A stretch of DNA of 64,000 bases from Lama guanicoe (taxonomy: Eukaryota). The notes beneath the pieces were generated by a model, which had not been told where the DNA came from, did not search any database, and saw only the letters and a list, made by a program, of their open reading frames with translations. Location of the stretch: the NCBI GenBank assembly GCA_013239625.1, contig MU057202.1:4167101-4231100 (forward strand), in the 5' to 3' direction. Of this stretch, positions 50,051-64,000 are shown piece by piece. Both the position numbers and the translations under genes were made by a program. The first letter of the stretch is position 1; each line of letters begins with the position of its first letter.

Positions 50051-53000
50051 TAAATTTTTGAACCAAAAAAACTGGCTAAAAGCAATGGTGACTGACAAAG
50101 CAGCTTGCATCTCCTTCCAGTCCTTGACCTGGTCTGCTCTGGTCCCTTAACTGGAGACTTTCCTGTGACAGTCCGCCCTGGGGCGCCAATGGGACTGCTC
50201 CCACTGGCAGGCGCTCGTACCTCTAATGTTTGCACTGAAGTGGCCCTAATCACTGCCCGCCACCTCAGCCCTTTAGTTCCGGACAAACACTTTGAGCAGG
50301 CCATCGCGAGGATCATCGGAGGTGAGCTGGGCTGCCTTGAGGAGGGGACGTTCCAGCTCTGGCCTGCAGCAGGCTCACCCTGGGGCCCTAGCTTCGTGTC
50401 AGTGCACTGGAGCCGGGAGCGGTCTTCCAGACCGGAATTGGGAACTGGGGTCTGTCAGCAGCTCCCGTATTCTTTCTGGAGCAACATTGAGAATCTCAAA
50501 GATGAGGGACCTCCAGGGTGCTGAATCAGATCCAGGTTTGGGTTCTGACTGGACAGGAGGAATGTCTGCTGGGTGCTTCCCCCTGAGTGCTTGCAGGGGC
50601 CATCCCAGCGCTCCTACTGGGCCAGTGCTCTGTGAGGGGTGAAGGCTGGAGTAGGGGCTTCAGCGTGGGGGTAGGGGTCTCCTGAGGGCCTTTCCAGGAC
50701 GGAGGTCAGGGAGGTGTCTGTGTGGCCAGCAGCTCAGCTGTTCATACTCCGGCCCCATGGCTGTGATCACCAGCTCACCCAGACAGCAGGTTGGCCACCG
50801 TACTTTGTTTGAGTTTCCCTTTTTATCGACGTGTAACACAACCAGAGAAGTGCGGAGAGAGTATCAGTAGCCCAGGACAGTCGCCACAGCTGCTCAAGGG
50901 CGATCTGGTGGCTCTGGCGAGCTGACTGGCCACAAAGCTGCGCTCAGCACGAGGGGTCTGTGCCTTGCTGTGCTCTGTTTCCTGCCTGTGACTGGGCTGT
51001 AGACCATGCAGAGAATTCCTCCTCGTTTCTCGTACGGACAGCATCACTTCCCTCAAGCCATGAAAAGTAGCTAATCTCTCACCCACCCCAGAGCCATCTG
51101 CTGCTTGTAAGGGAGATGGGTTGGGACCTGGTGTTTCCATAGAGCAGAAGGCAGCATAGTGTCTAGTGTGTCTGGCATGTGGGGATGGCGCAGAGTGGGG
51201 TCTGAGGAGTGTGTGTGGAGCAGACGGCTGGGTCTGTTCTGGCTGGACACAGGCTCTGACCAGCCCCCAGCATGCCCCAAGTGCAGAGTGGGAACTTGGT
51301 GCCCACTCCTCAGCTGTCCGTTCCTCCTCTCCCTCTTACGAGGACTTTGATTTGTAGGTCTGGAGAAGATGACGCAGGTCCTCAGCCTGGAGAGAAGACA
51401 ACGGTGGCCTACATGGTGGTGGGCTGGTTCCTGGAGCACGCAGATCCCCTGTTGAAAGTTGGTCACGTCCCTTCGCGTGTCTGCACGGGGAGGGGCAGGG
51501 CCCACTCCCCTCCTAGCTCGTCCCTTGGTCTCCAGGCGTGGGTGCCTGTGTGTAGCATGTGGCCACATGGGCACAGTACCTTCAAGGTGGCAGCCTTTTT
51601 GCTTTCCAAGGAACGTAGTGGTCTAGAATTTGTTATAAGACTCCTTGAGGGGTGAGTGGGTAGAGAGCTGGGTGCTGGTTTCAGGAGGGGTTTGGGTGCT
51701 GGCCACCTGACATCTGCTGAGGTTTTACCCGATGGCTGGCTCCTCTGCAGGGTAGGTGGGGGGGGTTTCCATGTTAATTGTTGGGGTGACCCCCGTCAGT
51801 GGTGGGGCCCAGGGTCTGCTCTCCTTCCACACTCTTGCAGGGAGACCAGTGCTCAGAGGGGCAAGGTTGGTCCGGGATGCCCCAGGACTGGGGCTGTGTC
51901 TTGCAGGTGTCCATCATCCCCCGGGGCAAGGGGCTGGGCTTTGCCCAGTGTGTGCCCCCAGAGCAGTACCTGCACACGCAGGAGCAGCTCTTCGACTGCG
52001 TGTGCATGCTGCTGGGCAGCAGGGTGGCTGGAAAGCTGTTTTTCTGCCAGGTCACCACAGGGGCCCAGTATGACTTGAGGGAGGTAACCCAGAACGCCTA
52101 TGCCCAGGTAGAGCAGCGCTGGGTGGGGGGCTCTGCACGCGAGTCTGGCCAGGCTCACCTCCCTCCACCCCCACTCCAGATAGTGCAGTTTGGGATGAGT
52201 GAGAAGCTGGGTCAGATGTCCGATTTTCCCCAGCAAGGCGAAGGGCAGGCGGGGAGGCTGTACAGCGAGGCCACAGCTTGGCTTATCGATGAGGAGGTGA
52301 GGTACCTCATCAGCTCCACCCACGAGACCTGCTGACGCAGTGCTGGGAGCAGGTGGACAAGGCAAGTGCGGCTGGGGCGGCGCCCATCCTCCGGGAGTTC
52401 TGGTGATTCGCAGGCTGCTGACGGGCAGTGGGACTTGCAGGTGGGCAGGCGGCTGCTGGAGAAGGAGGTGCTGGAGCAGGCTGACATGGTGGAGCTGCTA
52501 GGCCCATGGCCCTTCACCGAGAAGACCACCTACAAGGAGTTTGTGGAGGGCACAGGCGGCCTGGAGGAGGACACATCCCTTCCCGAGGGGCTGAAGGGCT
52601 GGAACCTGGGGCAGCAGGAGGTGGGCACGGAGCCCAGCGTGTGGGAGAGCCTAGCCTAGTGCCTCTGCTTTGGAGGGCAGCTTCTGGAATCACTGGAAAA
52701 CAAACGAAAAATGTGGTGACTGCAAATGGGCAGTTGCAAATAAGGGTTTTCTGAGCCCACAGGTTCCTGCTCCCAGAACACGCCTGTTCCCTGAGAGGGG
52801 GCTGGGACCCTGTTCCTGAGTCATGGGGGACAGTGGTGGGCAGTGGGCTTCTCTGATGGGGACCCCCAAGGAGGGGGAGGGGGCTTTTGGCCCAGTTCAG
52901 AAATGCTCAAGGTTTGGTGAGGTGGCAGAATTAAGAAAAGGAAAATATAAGCCAGGTATCCAGGGAAATAGCTGTTTGGGTTGGTGGAAGGCCTGTTTGT

Positions 53001-54756
53001 TGGGATGGAGGGAACTCAGCACCTCCTGCCGGTGTGTGGTTGGTGTAGGGTGGTGGAGCCTGAGTGGGGGCCCGCCTGCCAGCCCCAGCACCTGTTCCCC
53101 GGGTGGGGCCTTTCTGACCATGTGTCGGGATGTGATGATCTTTTCCAGGAAGCTGCATTCCTTGTGAGCCTTTTTGTTGGAGTCATGGAGAGGGAGCCTC
53201 TGGACTGCAGGGGAGAACCCTCTCCAGGTGAGAAGAAGGCCACTTTGGTGATAGCTAAGCTGGAGGGCTCATGCCTTCCATCACCTGGGGGTCCTGGGAT
53301 GTGACCTGGGACCAGCCCCTGGGGAGCTGAACCCGGCTGGAAGCCTGGGCTTTAGTGGAAATGGCCCCTCTGCTCGGCCTGCTGCTGGGAATTCCTGGGA
53401 ATCCTGAGGGTGACAGGGGCAGATGGGTGGATCTGGGTCGACTGCTGTCCTGGCCTCCAGGGCTGACCGCCCCCATTTGTGTCCTGCTGCTGGCCTGCCC
53501 AAGGCCACGTGCTGGAACTTGGAAATTAGACTTTCCAAATCGTTTGGTATGTTTGCCTCAAAAATAGAATTTCTGGCTTGGGACAAACACCTTCAACTCT
53601 GTAAAATGTGCATTATTGAATTACTTAACTTGGGGTTGGTCCTGTAATGCAGCCTCTTCCAAACTAAGCCCGTTTGCTGAGCTGCCTGGGGCCCTGCCAG
53701 GGTCCTGTCTTGGGGCTCCCTCTGACAGGTGGGATGCTCCCTTTGACCCCAGGGAGGCCCTAAAGCTCAGCCCTTCCCCAGGGTCCAGGGCACCCCCTTG
53801 GCGATAGCACCCCCTGGCCTGTGGTGCCCTCATTCTGCACCCCTTCCAGTCTCCTCAGCTCCCCTTTACCCCACCCCATCTGGGCCATCACACCACCTGG
53901 GGCTCCTTGGCCTGCAGTCGAGATCTGGCCAAGAATCTCCTTAGGGAGGCTCAGCCCAGCAGCGGAACCCCTGGCATGGGGCCCAGGGCCGGTTCTCTGG
54001 GCCCTCGTCTCACGGGTGATTGAAGTGTTTGGGGTTTGGGCTCATGGACTGGCCCCACCTGCTTGGACCAGCCGGCTGCTCTGGACCTGGAGCTCCCTGG
54101 GGACCTGCCCTGGGCTGGGAAGAGGATCTCCAGGGAGCATCTCTGCCTCTTCCAGCCTGGGCTTGTGGGGCAGGGTCTTCCTTACTGCCTTGAGAGCCAG
54201 GGCACCTGTCCCTGAAACGAGACTCAAATGAGCCCAGAGTGTGTTGCGGTGGAGCCCTCAATGGCTTCAGCTGGAGGAGGACCCGAACACAGAGTCCCGA
54301 GAGGCCCCTAGAGCAGCCACCCCCACCCCCGCCGCACCCCTGCGCTCTGCTGTCAGAGAGGAAGAGGTCAGGCAAGACTGAACAGGTGGCGTTTTAATCC
54401 TGCTTTTTGGAAATGAGTTCTGTGGAAGCGGCAGCAAGAAGGATGGAAGCTGGGGAGGAAGACCCTGGGCGGGGGGCATGCGGTTGCCCTCACGGAATCA
54501 GTTTTCAGTGAAATTCTCGATTGTGCCTGGAAGACATCGGTCGTGTTGCTGCCCCTCAGTGGGGGTGGGTCCTGCTGCAGAAGGCAGCCTGCGTTTCTGG
54601 GCTCCTTTTCCTGGTGGGAACTTGGTATAGCTTCACCCAGTGGGCCCAGCACATGCCCAGGGCTTGTACAGAGGAGCCTGTTTTCCTTCCCCAGACGTGT
54701 TTCAGTGGGGAAGGATCAGGGCAGGTGGCCTAGGGGACAAAAAGCAAGCTTACACA

Positions 54757-54762
54757 TTTATT
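54757..54762 (-). terminator. Candidate DBNDD1 polyA signal AATAAA (alternative ATTAAA at 54393-54398)
   Basis: tttatt on the + strand about 850 nt past the stop codon. Confidence 0.5.
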
Positions 54763-55612
54763 TTAGAACTGTTCTTGGACTCACTGTCAGACCAGAAGCC
54801 TGCTGTGTCCAGTCGCACGTGAGTGGCACTGGGAGCAGCTGAGCCTGGTGCCTCAGAACTGGGGGCCAGGGGCTATGCCCAGTTCCCCCTCACGTCCCCA
54901 CCTCGTTCAGGCTGCCTCACCCCAGGTGGGGATGCCAGCCAGGGACACAGACCCATGCGTGTGCCTGCGTGTGCATTTGCATGATGGGCTGGGGGGACTG
55001 GGATGGGCCTGGGATGGGAGAGGGCGAGCCCCATCTGCCTAGCAGCCTGAGGCAGTCATGTCATATTTGGGGTCCAAGCTAAGGAAGGTGGGCCTGGCTG
55101 TCACGCAGGGACCAGGACTAGCAGGGTCTTGGGTCTTAGGGCCTGGGTGTCTGGTGCTGACAGTGCTCCCTTGGCGGCAGGAAGCAGACAGCTGAAGTCA
55201 AGGTGGTAGTTTTCAGGGCTGACTCTCCCACCCATGTACTTGGCTGAACAGCAGTGTCCCATGGGCTGGAGCTTGGCTTAGCTGTTCATGGAGTGGAACT
55301 TGAGACCCCCGAGGGGTCTGCAGAGTGCCTCTCACAGGCAGGTCCCCGCTCACCCTGCACCCACTCTGGAGGTGGATGACAGATCAGAACACCAGTCCTG
55401 CAGACGGAAGTTTCTAGAAGGCTCAGGCCACTCCTTTCTCATCTCCAGGCGTTGCCCCTGATCCAGGGACCAGGAATGAGCTGGACATAAGGCCACTGGG
55501 CTGTGCTTATGCTGAGGCACCCTGAGACCCCATCCCAGAGCCATGTGGGCGGGCAGCGTCCACGGGCACAGTTGTCCCGGCTTGCCCTGTCTCGGCCCTG
55601 GGGCCAGCCGGC

Positions 55613-58600
55613 CTAGTCTTCCTTGGGCCTCTCCACGGTGAGAAGTGTGTCCACGATGGTGGGTTGCCGCTCAGGGTCGCCAAAGGGCTGTTTCTCACGG
55701 TTCTTCTCAGCCCTGGTGCGGGTCCAGGATGGGGAGCGCAGACAGCCGGCCCGAGGCAGTGGGTGTAGGCCTGGTGGGAACACGGGGTGGGGTCAGTATG
55801 GCTTGGAGTCTCAGGTCACTCCTGCAGCTACTGGGTTGGGCATGTGTGTGCCTCCAACATGGGGTCTGGCCACATGTTGGGGTCCTCTGGGCACCAGCAA
55901 TGCGTACTTCTGGGTCTGGGTGCAGCGTGGGCTGGGGATTACCTGATGCCCTCAGGAGGGTCCTGGTGCAGCCGAGGCCCAGCTCTCCAGCCTGCATGGG
56001 TTGTGAGCAGGGAGGGAGGAAGGCTCTGGGCCCCCCACAGCCCTAGTGGCTCCTTTGCCATTTCTGAGGCCCGTGAGTTCTGGGCCAAGGGCAGCGCTTC
56101 CTGGAACTGAGATGAGGAGCGGCCACCCACTTTGTACTCAGCCTACTTGTGATTAAATCCATGTAGTGAATTCTACCTTCAGTGGGACAGTGGCTGTGGC
56201 CTTTTGTTGGCGTTTCAAGAATGAAAGTGAGGAGGAGTCGAAAGTTCCTTAAAGTTGGCATACAGGTGTGTAAAATGCAGAAACGGTGCATGAAGTGGCA
56301 CTTTGTTGACAAATACTTAAACACACATGAGAAATAAAGAAAATTGTTTTCCAAAATGAGGGTCTCCAGGGAGCGATGCTTGGTAGTCTTGGGCCCCAGG
56401 ACCTCCCACAGTGCCCTCTAGGCCCAGCACCAGCCCCACCTGCAGGCGAGTCGCTGGTCAGGTTCTCGTCATCTGAGTCGGCGAAGACCTCAGCCAGCTC
56501 CTGGTCGGACATGTCGGTCAGCTCGGTGAGGTCCAGGAGGTCAAAGTGCACCTCCAGGGAGGAGACGCTGCTCAGAGGCTCTGGGGACAAAGGAGCTTGT
56601 CAGCAGGGTGTTCTCCACCAAGGCTGCCCCATGAGGCCCAGGTGAAGCCCAGTGTGGGCCAGTGGCGGGGTGGGGGGCCGCAGACATGGCCCAGCTCTGT
56701 TCTTTGAGGCCCAGCGGAGCCCCTGAGAGCGGAGGAGTGTTTGGACAGGATGTGGACCCCGCCCTGTCCCCCAGCCTGTACGTACGTCGTCTCTCTGTGA
56801 CCTGCAGGAGCCCTGGAGCAGGTGCTGGGACGCCCACCTCCTCAGCCACAGGCGAGTGGAGGCTGTTCCCTGTCCCAGGGACTGGGGTACCCAGGGCAGC
56901 CTGTGGCACCGCAATCTCCTTAACTATTTCTGCAACAAAGAAGGTGTTGGTTACCCCAAGGGCACTGGGGTCTCCCACCTCCACCCCCAGGAGGAGACAT
57001 GGGATTCCACCTGACCCTGACCCCCACCCAGGACACAGGTGGGAGGACTTGAGAACCTCCTCTGAGGCCCCGGGCAGTGACCAGGGGTGGCCTTGGGCCA
57101 GAAAGCCAGGCAAGGGGTAGGGGCTTCTCTGAGGAGGCTGCCCTCCGTTACTCTGGGTGAGGAAAAGGCTGACTTCCAGACCCTCTGCCCTGAGCACCTG
57201 AGCAGGAATGAAGGCAGACCATGTAGGTCTCATGGGGACACTTGCTGGTCCTGTCAGAGACCCTAGTATCCCAATACTGTCACCTGTCTCGACTTTGGTC
57301 CAAACTAGGGTCCGGTGGTTGGTCATGTGTGTCCTTGGCCTTTGGTTCCCTTTAATCCACAATGGCGCCTGCTCACCTATGTGTCCTATGTTGTGTTTGA
57401 ATTCAAAAGAACACATTCTTGTAGCAAAAGAGTTACTGGATGGGTAGGTAGCAGCCTCTCCCCACCAGCCCCCCTCATGACGGGATGCTCGTCCAGGGTT
57501 TTACACGCGGTATTCCCCTGTAATTGCTCATATTTTTGTGTTTGTTTTCATGTGATTGCTCGTTTCTTGTACTTTTCGTCGGGTGAGAGCTGCAGGCTCT
57601 TCAGGGATCTGCTTGGTGAGGACGGTGCCACTCATAGATGGGGCCCCTACCCCATGGAGGCACCACCCTCCCCCGTCTCCACACAGCGGGGGGTCCCAAT
57701 CACCTGTCAGGCATATGCCCTGGGGCAGCTGGACCCCTTGGCTCCCCTGTGTCCCCACTGTTGCTGCCCTCTCCTGAGACCCCTCCACACAGATATCCCA
57801 CCTTCCCTCAGCGAGGGACCCCCTCGATGAACAGGTGCTCAGTCAAGAGTGAGGAGTGCCCTCCTGGCCCCTGTAGCAGTGTGGTGGGCTGAGCCACCCC
57901 AGGGGTGAGACTGAGGGCTGGGTGTGCACCAGCCACAAGAGCAGCTGCCAGGGGTCCTGGCTGGGGCGCCCAATGCCAACAGCTGCCTGTGAAGAGTGGG
58001 CCTGTGTGGTCAGTGGGCTGGACTCGCCTGCCGGGATGTGCGTCTGGAGGGTCCCCAGCTGAGTGGAAAGACAGTGACGTGGATTCTCAGGTGCAGAGCT
58101 GCCCTTGAGGTGGGCGTCTGCCCTGGGAAGCGGGACTGCGGGCGGGGCTTCCCAGCTCTGCCTGGTGCTGTGTCATCACACAGGGCCTGAGGCCGGACGG
58201 GGCTCGGGGTCTGGTTTCCACCTTGCTGCTGCATTCGGAACTTGGCTTCTGAGCATCTTCAAAGGGTAGAGTTACACCCACCAGTGTCAGGGCCTACCCA
58301 GCCCGCGATGGGCAAGGGCACCTTCCTAACCAGAGGACAGGAGAGCTGGGGGAACGGGAAATCTCCTGAGCCTCAGACCAGATTGAATCCTTGCTGAGGG
58401 ACAAGGGCTAAGAAACCTCTTGAGGGCCTTTGCTCTGCAGGACGCTGTTCTGTTTCCTCAAAGGGGAGGCACAGCAACCCGGTCCCCCTCACAGAGAGGC
58501 ATGTGTGGCCTGGGGTGGTGGGTGACCCTGCCTGGTAGGGGAGGCGCTGCCATCTGTCTGGAGCCTCCAGACAGGGTAAGTGGCTCTTGGTTAAGAACAG

Positions 58601-61600
58601 GAACAATGACAGTGGCTCACGGTTTCTGTGTGAGCAGAGTCCCAGCAGTGAATTTTCCGACTAATGCCACAAGCAGCTGTCAGGGAGGATGCTAAGTTTT
58701 GTACTTTAACCCCGAGGGGCTCAGCCTGTCCCAGGCACATAGCACGGGGTCCTTGGGGCTTGAGCTCTGAGCCCCACCAGCTGGCCTCTGCTCCCAGGTC
58801 ATGGCTTAGGGCTGGGAACATAGCCCATAAAGGGAGAGACCCCAGACCTTGTGCCCACAGGGAAGCTGGTGTGTGTTCTCTGGGCCCCGACCAGGGACCA
58901 GGGGGAAGTGGACTTAGGGTAAAAGGTGGCACAGAGGTGGAGTCTCTGCTCACAACTGCTCTCTCTCACTGGGTGGGGCCCTCATCTAGAAGAGAAAGCA
59001 CATGCTGTTCATTCTTTGATCCAGTGGAGTCCTGAGCCCACTCTGGCTAGAACAAAGTAGGTGATTCCTGTCCTCTTGAGGGTGGGCAGTGCTGGGGAGC
59101 ATGGGGGGGCTATTCCCCCATCTGGGGGATGGGTCTGAAGGTGGGTGAGAGCCATGCAATATCTGGGGGAGACAGCACCCCGAAAGGCTCTGAGGGGAGC
59201 AGCATGGCTGTATCTGAGGAATGGCTGGGGGCGGTGAGGGCAGGGGACACCAGTTGGGGGGCAAGCGTATCACGGAGACAACTCTGGCTGCTTCTCAGTG
59301 AGCTGAGAGAAGCTTCTGAGGGGTTATGAGCTGAGTGGGACAGCATCCACCTGCCTCTTTACAGGACGTGGTCCAGGTGGGAAGGATGAAGTCCGTGGGT
59401 GCTGAGGTAAGGGAAGAAGGCAGGACTTCGGCACGCTCCTCCCCCATCCTGCCTTGGGGTCCGGAGCTGGGCAGAGATGCCTCACTGTAGATCCTGGGCC
59501 CCCAGACAGCCCCTGGGACAGACCTCCGGCCCCCACAGGCACAGTGGCCTGTTGCACTGACTTTAGTTAAGGAGCACATTTTATCAAATGTCAGCATCTG
59601 TGAAACAGCAAACCAGCTACAGCTGATGGTGTTGCAGAGCCAGGGGAATGCAGAAGCCGTGAACTTTTAAACTCTGTATGTCTATTTGTTTTATTCGTTC
59701 TGTCTCTCTTTGGCAGTGGTCTCGTCTTTATTCTGTAAATCCTGGTGTCCTGGCCTGTGTCAAAGCTGTGGGGTCGGGGTGCAGAAGATGCAGCTTTTGC
59801 CATCAAGGACACTGATCTTTTGGCTGGAAGGACATGAAGGAAACAGGACTTGGGCGTGGTCCTCATGCACGGTAGGTGTACCTTAAATGCTCGTTGAATG
59901 AGCCCAGGACCCCACCTAAGAGTTAATGAGCCCCTGTGCTAGGAATCACCTAGGTGTGTCTGGTACCTTCTCAATAAGCCCTTATGGGAAGAAAGGACAA
60001 ACTCCCCACTTGTGAGACCCACTGCTCGTCCTAGGGTATGAAGCAGAGGAGTGATCACACAGGCGGGCATCGGGGCTGGGGTGCTTGGCAGCCTGGCTGG
60101 GTTGCAGGCTGGGCGGGCTCAGCAGACCCCAGAGCTGCCCAGCCCAGGGCAAAGGTGAGCGGTGTTTTCGACGCCCCAAGTCATTAGTCAACTAGTGACC
60201 CCCTTGTTCTCACCCCGGCATAGCCCCCATCAAGGCCTCCCCACACGGAAGCAGCACCCCAAGGGGAGACTCGAGCTGGGGGACCAAGTCCTGCCCTGCA
60301 CAGGGCTTGGTACACATGGAGATGATAGGGTTACCCTGTGCTACACTGGTGACCTATTTTCCAGCACATTCGAGCAGAGATATGGCCCAAATCTCAAGTT
60401 CCCTGCTGTGTGCCGAGGGCTTTGCCCCAAGCATGGAGGTACTCTGCACAAACCCACTGCCAGCCAACAAATTAATGAAGTGAATGAGTGAATGGCATAA
60501 GAAACAAAATGGCTGCAGGGAGGGAGGACGGTCACAGAGACTCGGTATCCGTACCCCACTTTCTCAGCCCCTTGTCCTTGGAGTCAGGGCTCGTCTGAGC
60601 ATGTTGGGGATGCTGGGTGGGCCCTGTCAGGGCTCAGCCTCTGAGGGCAGGGCACCGGCCTCTCTCCCAGCTGGACAGACTTGGAGGTGGGTGGGCTAGA
60701 AACCTGGCTTCCCATAGGCACTGGTTGGGGACTTTCAAGAATTGCACCGCCCACCTCTCACCTCCATGTCTGTGCACTTTGATATTAAGAAATTATTAAT
60801 TCATTTAGGTGCAGAAATGGTATTTTAATTATACTCTATAAAAACATTATCTTTTACAGATAATTTCAGAAATACTTAAGGATGAAATAAGATGTCTAGA
60901 TTTGCTACAAATGACTACTTAAGGAAGGTTGGTGTGGTCTGGCTGGGCAGCGGGGGTACACGTGGGGCTCTCTCCGCTCTTGTGTGTGCTCCATGCTCCA
61001 GACTAAGTTTCCAAAGTTGGTGAACTCCCAGAATGACAGTTGGTCACAGCTACCCAGACTTGACCCCACGTGAGGGTGGGATGTGGCTATGGGGTTAGAA
61101 GACTGTGAGGCCTGTCTGCCCCTGCTGTATCTCTAGCCCCACCACAGTGCCTGCACAGAGTAGGTGCCTGGTGAATACATGTGTGCACCGAATTAGGTCT
61201 CAGGCTCCAGTAACAAGATGCAGGAACTGAAGGGTGGTTAAGCTCCTCTCCCTGATGTCTTCCCTCTGTTGTCTCACTCTGGGCTCCCACAGCCCTGCAG
61301 GGGAAGGGTCTGTCTCCATGGAGAGAAGAGGACAGAGAGCTCAGAGGGGCCTGGCTGCTTGGCCCACAGCCCCAGGCCTTGCTTTCCAAATCTTCCCCTT
61401 CAAATCCTCACGAAGCTGCCACTGGGATGCCCTGGGGTCCTGGTACTGCCAATGGGAAGAGAAAGCTGGACCCGTTCCACAAGTGAGAAAACAAAGAAAA
61501 CCCACTCCCACCACCCTAGAGGGAGTGACAAGTCTGGAAGGCACCTGCCCAACACAGCAGTGGTGGACCCATGTCTTCAGAATACCTCCAAGGCCAGCCC

Positions 61601-62604
61601 TTTGGTCTCCAGAGGAGGCCCCTGATGTGGCTGGGGGACCCCCAGTGGGTCCATATGTGGTCTGAGAGTGGTTCCTTGGGATGAGACCTCCAGGAAACCT
61701 CGGGTGCATCTGGGGCCTGGCCTGGCCAGGCGGGTAGAGGAGCCCGGCAGTTTGCATCCAAGTTCCTAGGCCCAAAGCACAGGGAAACCCTTTCTGAAAG
61801 GGGAGGCTGCTAGACTTTCCCTCCCACCACTAGCCATCACCCTGCCTAGGGCCATACTTCAAGGGGAGAGTTAGGTTCTTAACCGTCAGAGTTCCCGATG
61901 GCTGACAGGGGCTGTGAGGAGGGGTCACTCCGTACACATCTGACCTCCCTGATGTGTACGCTCCTGGGCCGGGCCGCGGCCAGCAATCCCTGCGGGCGTG
62001 GGACCCCCCCGCAGGCCGTGCCCGGTGCGGTCCCCACAACGAGACCCTATCTCAGACCCGTGCCCAGCAGGATCCTGGCTGCGGCCTCCCCGCCCTACCC
62101 CCAGGGAGTCTGGGGCGAACAAAGCAGACACGCGGCCTGGAGGGTAGCATCCCCCCACGTCTCGCTGACCTGGACTCCAAACTCTGGACCCAGCACGCCC
62201 CATCCCCCAGATCCCCGGCTCGGCCTGGAGGGGGTTCAGGACGAAACTCCGGGCCGCCCACTCAGGAGCGCGCCAGGCACGGCAGCCCAGGACCGGAGCG
62301 GGGAGGACGAGGGGGCGGGGACGTGGTCCGTGCGACCCCAGCTCAGCGCGGGGGCCGTTCCCGGGAGGTGCCCCCCGCCCGACTCCCCGCGCGCGGCGTA
62401 CTAGGCTTCCCTCGCTGGGCGCGGAGGGTACTCGGAGCGGCCAGTGGGTCTTCGCAGCCCCGGGGCGCGGCCGAGGAATGGGCCCGGGGTGGGGGGCGGT
62501 GGGGGGAAGGGGCTGCGGGCCGCTGCAGGGAAGGCGCAGCTCGAGGATTCCCAAAGGCTGGGGCCGCACTCACCTCCAGGGCTGGCGCCCTCCGGGGGCT
62601 CCAT
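55613..62604 (-). CDS. DBNDD1: Dysbindin domain-containing protein 1, 157 aa: complement(join(55613..55770,56440..56580,56786..56929,62574..62604))
   Basis: [10 protein letters not shown]|[23 protein letters not shown]|[40 protein letters not shown]..|[18 protein letters not shown]. All junctions are GT-AG; total 474 nt. Confidence 0.95.
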
Positions 62605-63150
62605 GCGGCCGGTAGGGTCTGGAAGGGGCGGTGGCGGCGTCACCCAGCCCTTGTGCCCCTGTAGCTGCGGCGGCGGCTCGGCCCCAGCTCCCGGCGCAGC
62701 GCATCGGGGCAGCAGCCTGGGGGCCGCGGCGGCGGGGAGGAGCGCGCGGGGCGGGGCGGGCAGCTGCTCCGGGGCCCCAAAAAAACCCCCAGCTCCGCAG
62801 CACAGGTGCGGTCCCGCCCCGCCCCGCGCGCGCCCCCTGTCGGCCCCAGACCCTGCAGACTCCCTCGCCTGCGGATCGCGCCCCTCCTGCGGACCCACCC
62901 GGACCTGGTGGCTGCCTCCCACTCCTGGCCGGGACTCTGCGGCCCTTGCGCGCGCCCTCATCCAGCAGCCGCGCCGACTTGCGTCCATTTGTTTACCCCC
63001 ACATATATCTGGGGGCGCCAACTACGTGCTGGAGCTCCGCTGGGCATGGAGGGGCGGGCACAAGCGGAGCCTAAGGCGGCGCCAACACAGATTGTGATAA
63101 ATGATCAGAAGAGGCACGGGGGGCGGGGCGGGGGGGGCAAGAGCTTATAA
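61950..63150 (-). promoter_or_regulatory. DBNDD1 CpG-island promoter and exon 1
   Basis: High CpG density and multiple GC boxes (62747-62760, 62813-62826, 63121-63137). Confidence 0.8.
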
Positions 63151-64000
63151 CGGCTAGCAAGAGAGGGGTGGGGGAGGAGGATGGGAAGTAAGGAGAGGGA
63201 GGAGGGCAGAGATCCCCCCCCAGCCCAAGGCAGGATCTGGGCGTGCTGAGAGTACCAAACGGTTCGATGGAGTCCCACTTCCAGACGCTGGTTCCCTGCA
63301 CGAGGCCTGGAGTGAGGCTCTGTGCCAAGCCCTTGGTGCACAGTATCACATTAATTCTCCCGAGGATCCTCAGAAAATGGGATCCTGATTTTCTAGGTGA
63401 AGAAGCTGAACACAGAGAGGGTAGGCAACCTGATCAAGGTTGCACAGCCAGGCACTGGAAGCCAGCAAATCCAAATCCAAGCCCATGCTCTGCACTCTTA
63501 CAAAAACAAAACAAACCAAAGAAAAGCATCAGAGAGAAAGAGTTTGTTCCCAGCTGGGAGTGGAAAAATCCACAGAGGAGAAAGGTAAATATGAACTTGG
63601 TGTTTGCAGGAAAGGCATCCTTTCAAAGGCATAGTCCATACAGCTTCAGCCAAGCAAGGCCCTCACTGCCCAGCCCGGCTTCAGTCACAGGGAGCCCATG
63701 GCCTGAGACAGTCAGTGAGGCAGCCTCCATTGTTCTTTAGTTTACGAAACAAATGAAAACAGAAACTGCTGTTTGCAATGCTCTAAAATGATTTCATGAC
63801 CCACTGGGACAGGCCCCTGCGGTCTGCACTCTGTGGATGAGGCAGGTCAGCCTCTCGGGGACGGAGCTGGGCTACAGGGTTGGGGGAGACGCAAGCAAGC
63901 CAGTGACTGCCCTGGGAGTCAGGGCAGTGGGTGGGCACTGGCTGCTCAGATTCAGCTGGGGTAGAAGTTTGTATTTTCTCAAAATGGTGAGAGGAGTAGC

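Noticed and set aside
62605-62988. In-frame upstream ATG extending DBNDD1 by 128 aa
   Set aside because: Lies in stop-poor CpG-island sequence, probably upstream of the TSS; low-complexity Ala/Arg/Gly/Pro content.
63150-64000. Start of GAS8, expected by synteny
   Set aside because: No exon or second CpG island recognisable before the window ends.

Overview
Mammalian genomic DNA (GC-rich). The tRNA-derived SINEs suggest a camelid. The gene order matches the block at human 16q24.3: TUBB3 exons 2-4 (+, two N-masked gaps in exon 4), DEF8 (+, 11 coding exons, 451 aa), CENPBD1 (-), AFG3L1 (+) and DBNDD1 (-, 4 coding exons, 157 aa). The most notable unit is the CENPBD1/AFG3L1 head-to-head pair on one CpG island. 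CENPBD1 is an uninterrupted 543-aa Tigger/pogo transposase-derived ORF with two HTH domains and a DDE_1 domain whose third catalytic Asp is Gly; as I recall, the human copy is truncated. AFG3L1 is a 17-exon unitary pseudogene with several stops and frameshifts and with the HEXXH zinc motif deleted, yet most splice sites are retained. Also present: a near-perfect REST/RE1 site in TUBB3 intron 1, a CLEAR-like E-box and a repeat-derived uORF at DEF8, and various SINE, LINE, LTR and DNA-transposon relics. Orthologue comparisons and repeat family names are from memory and need alignment or RepeatMasker confirmation.
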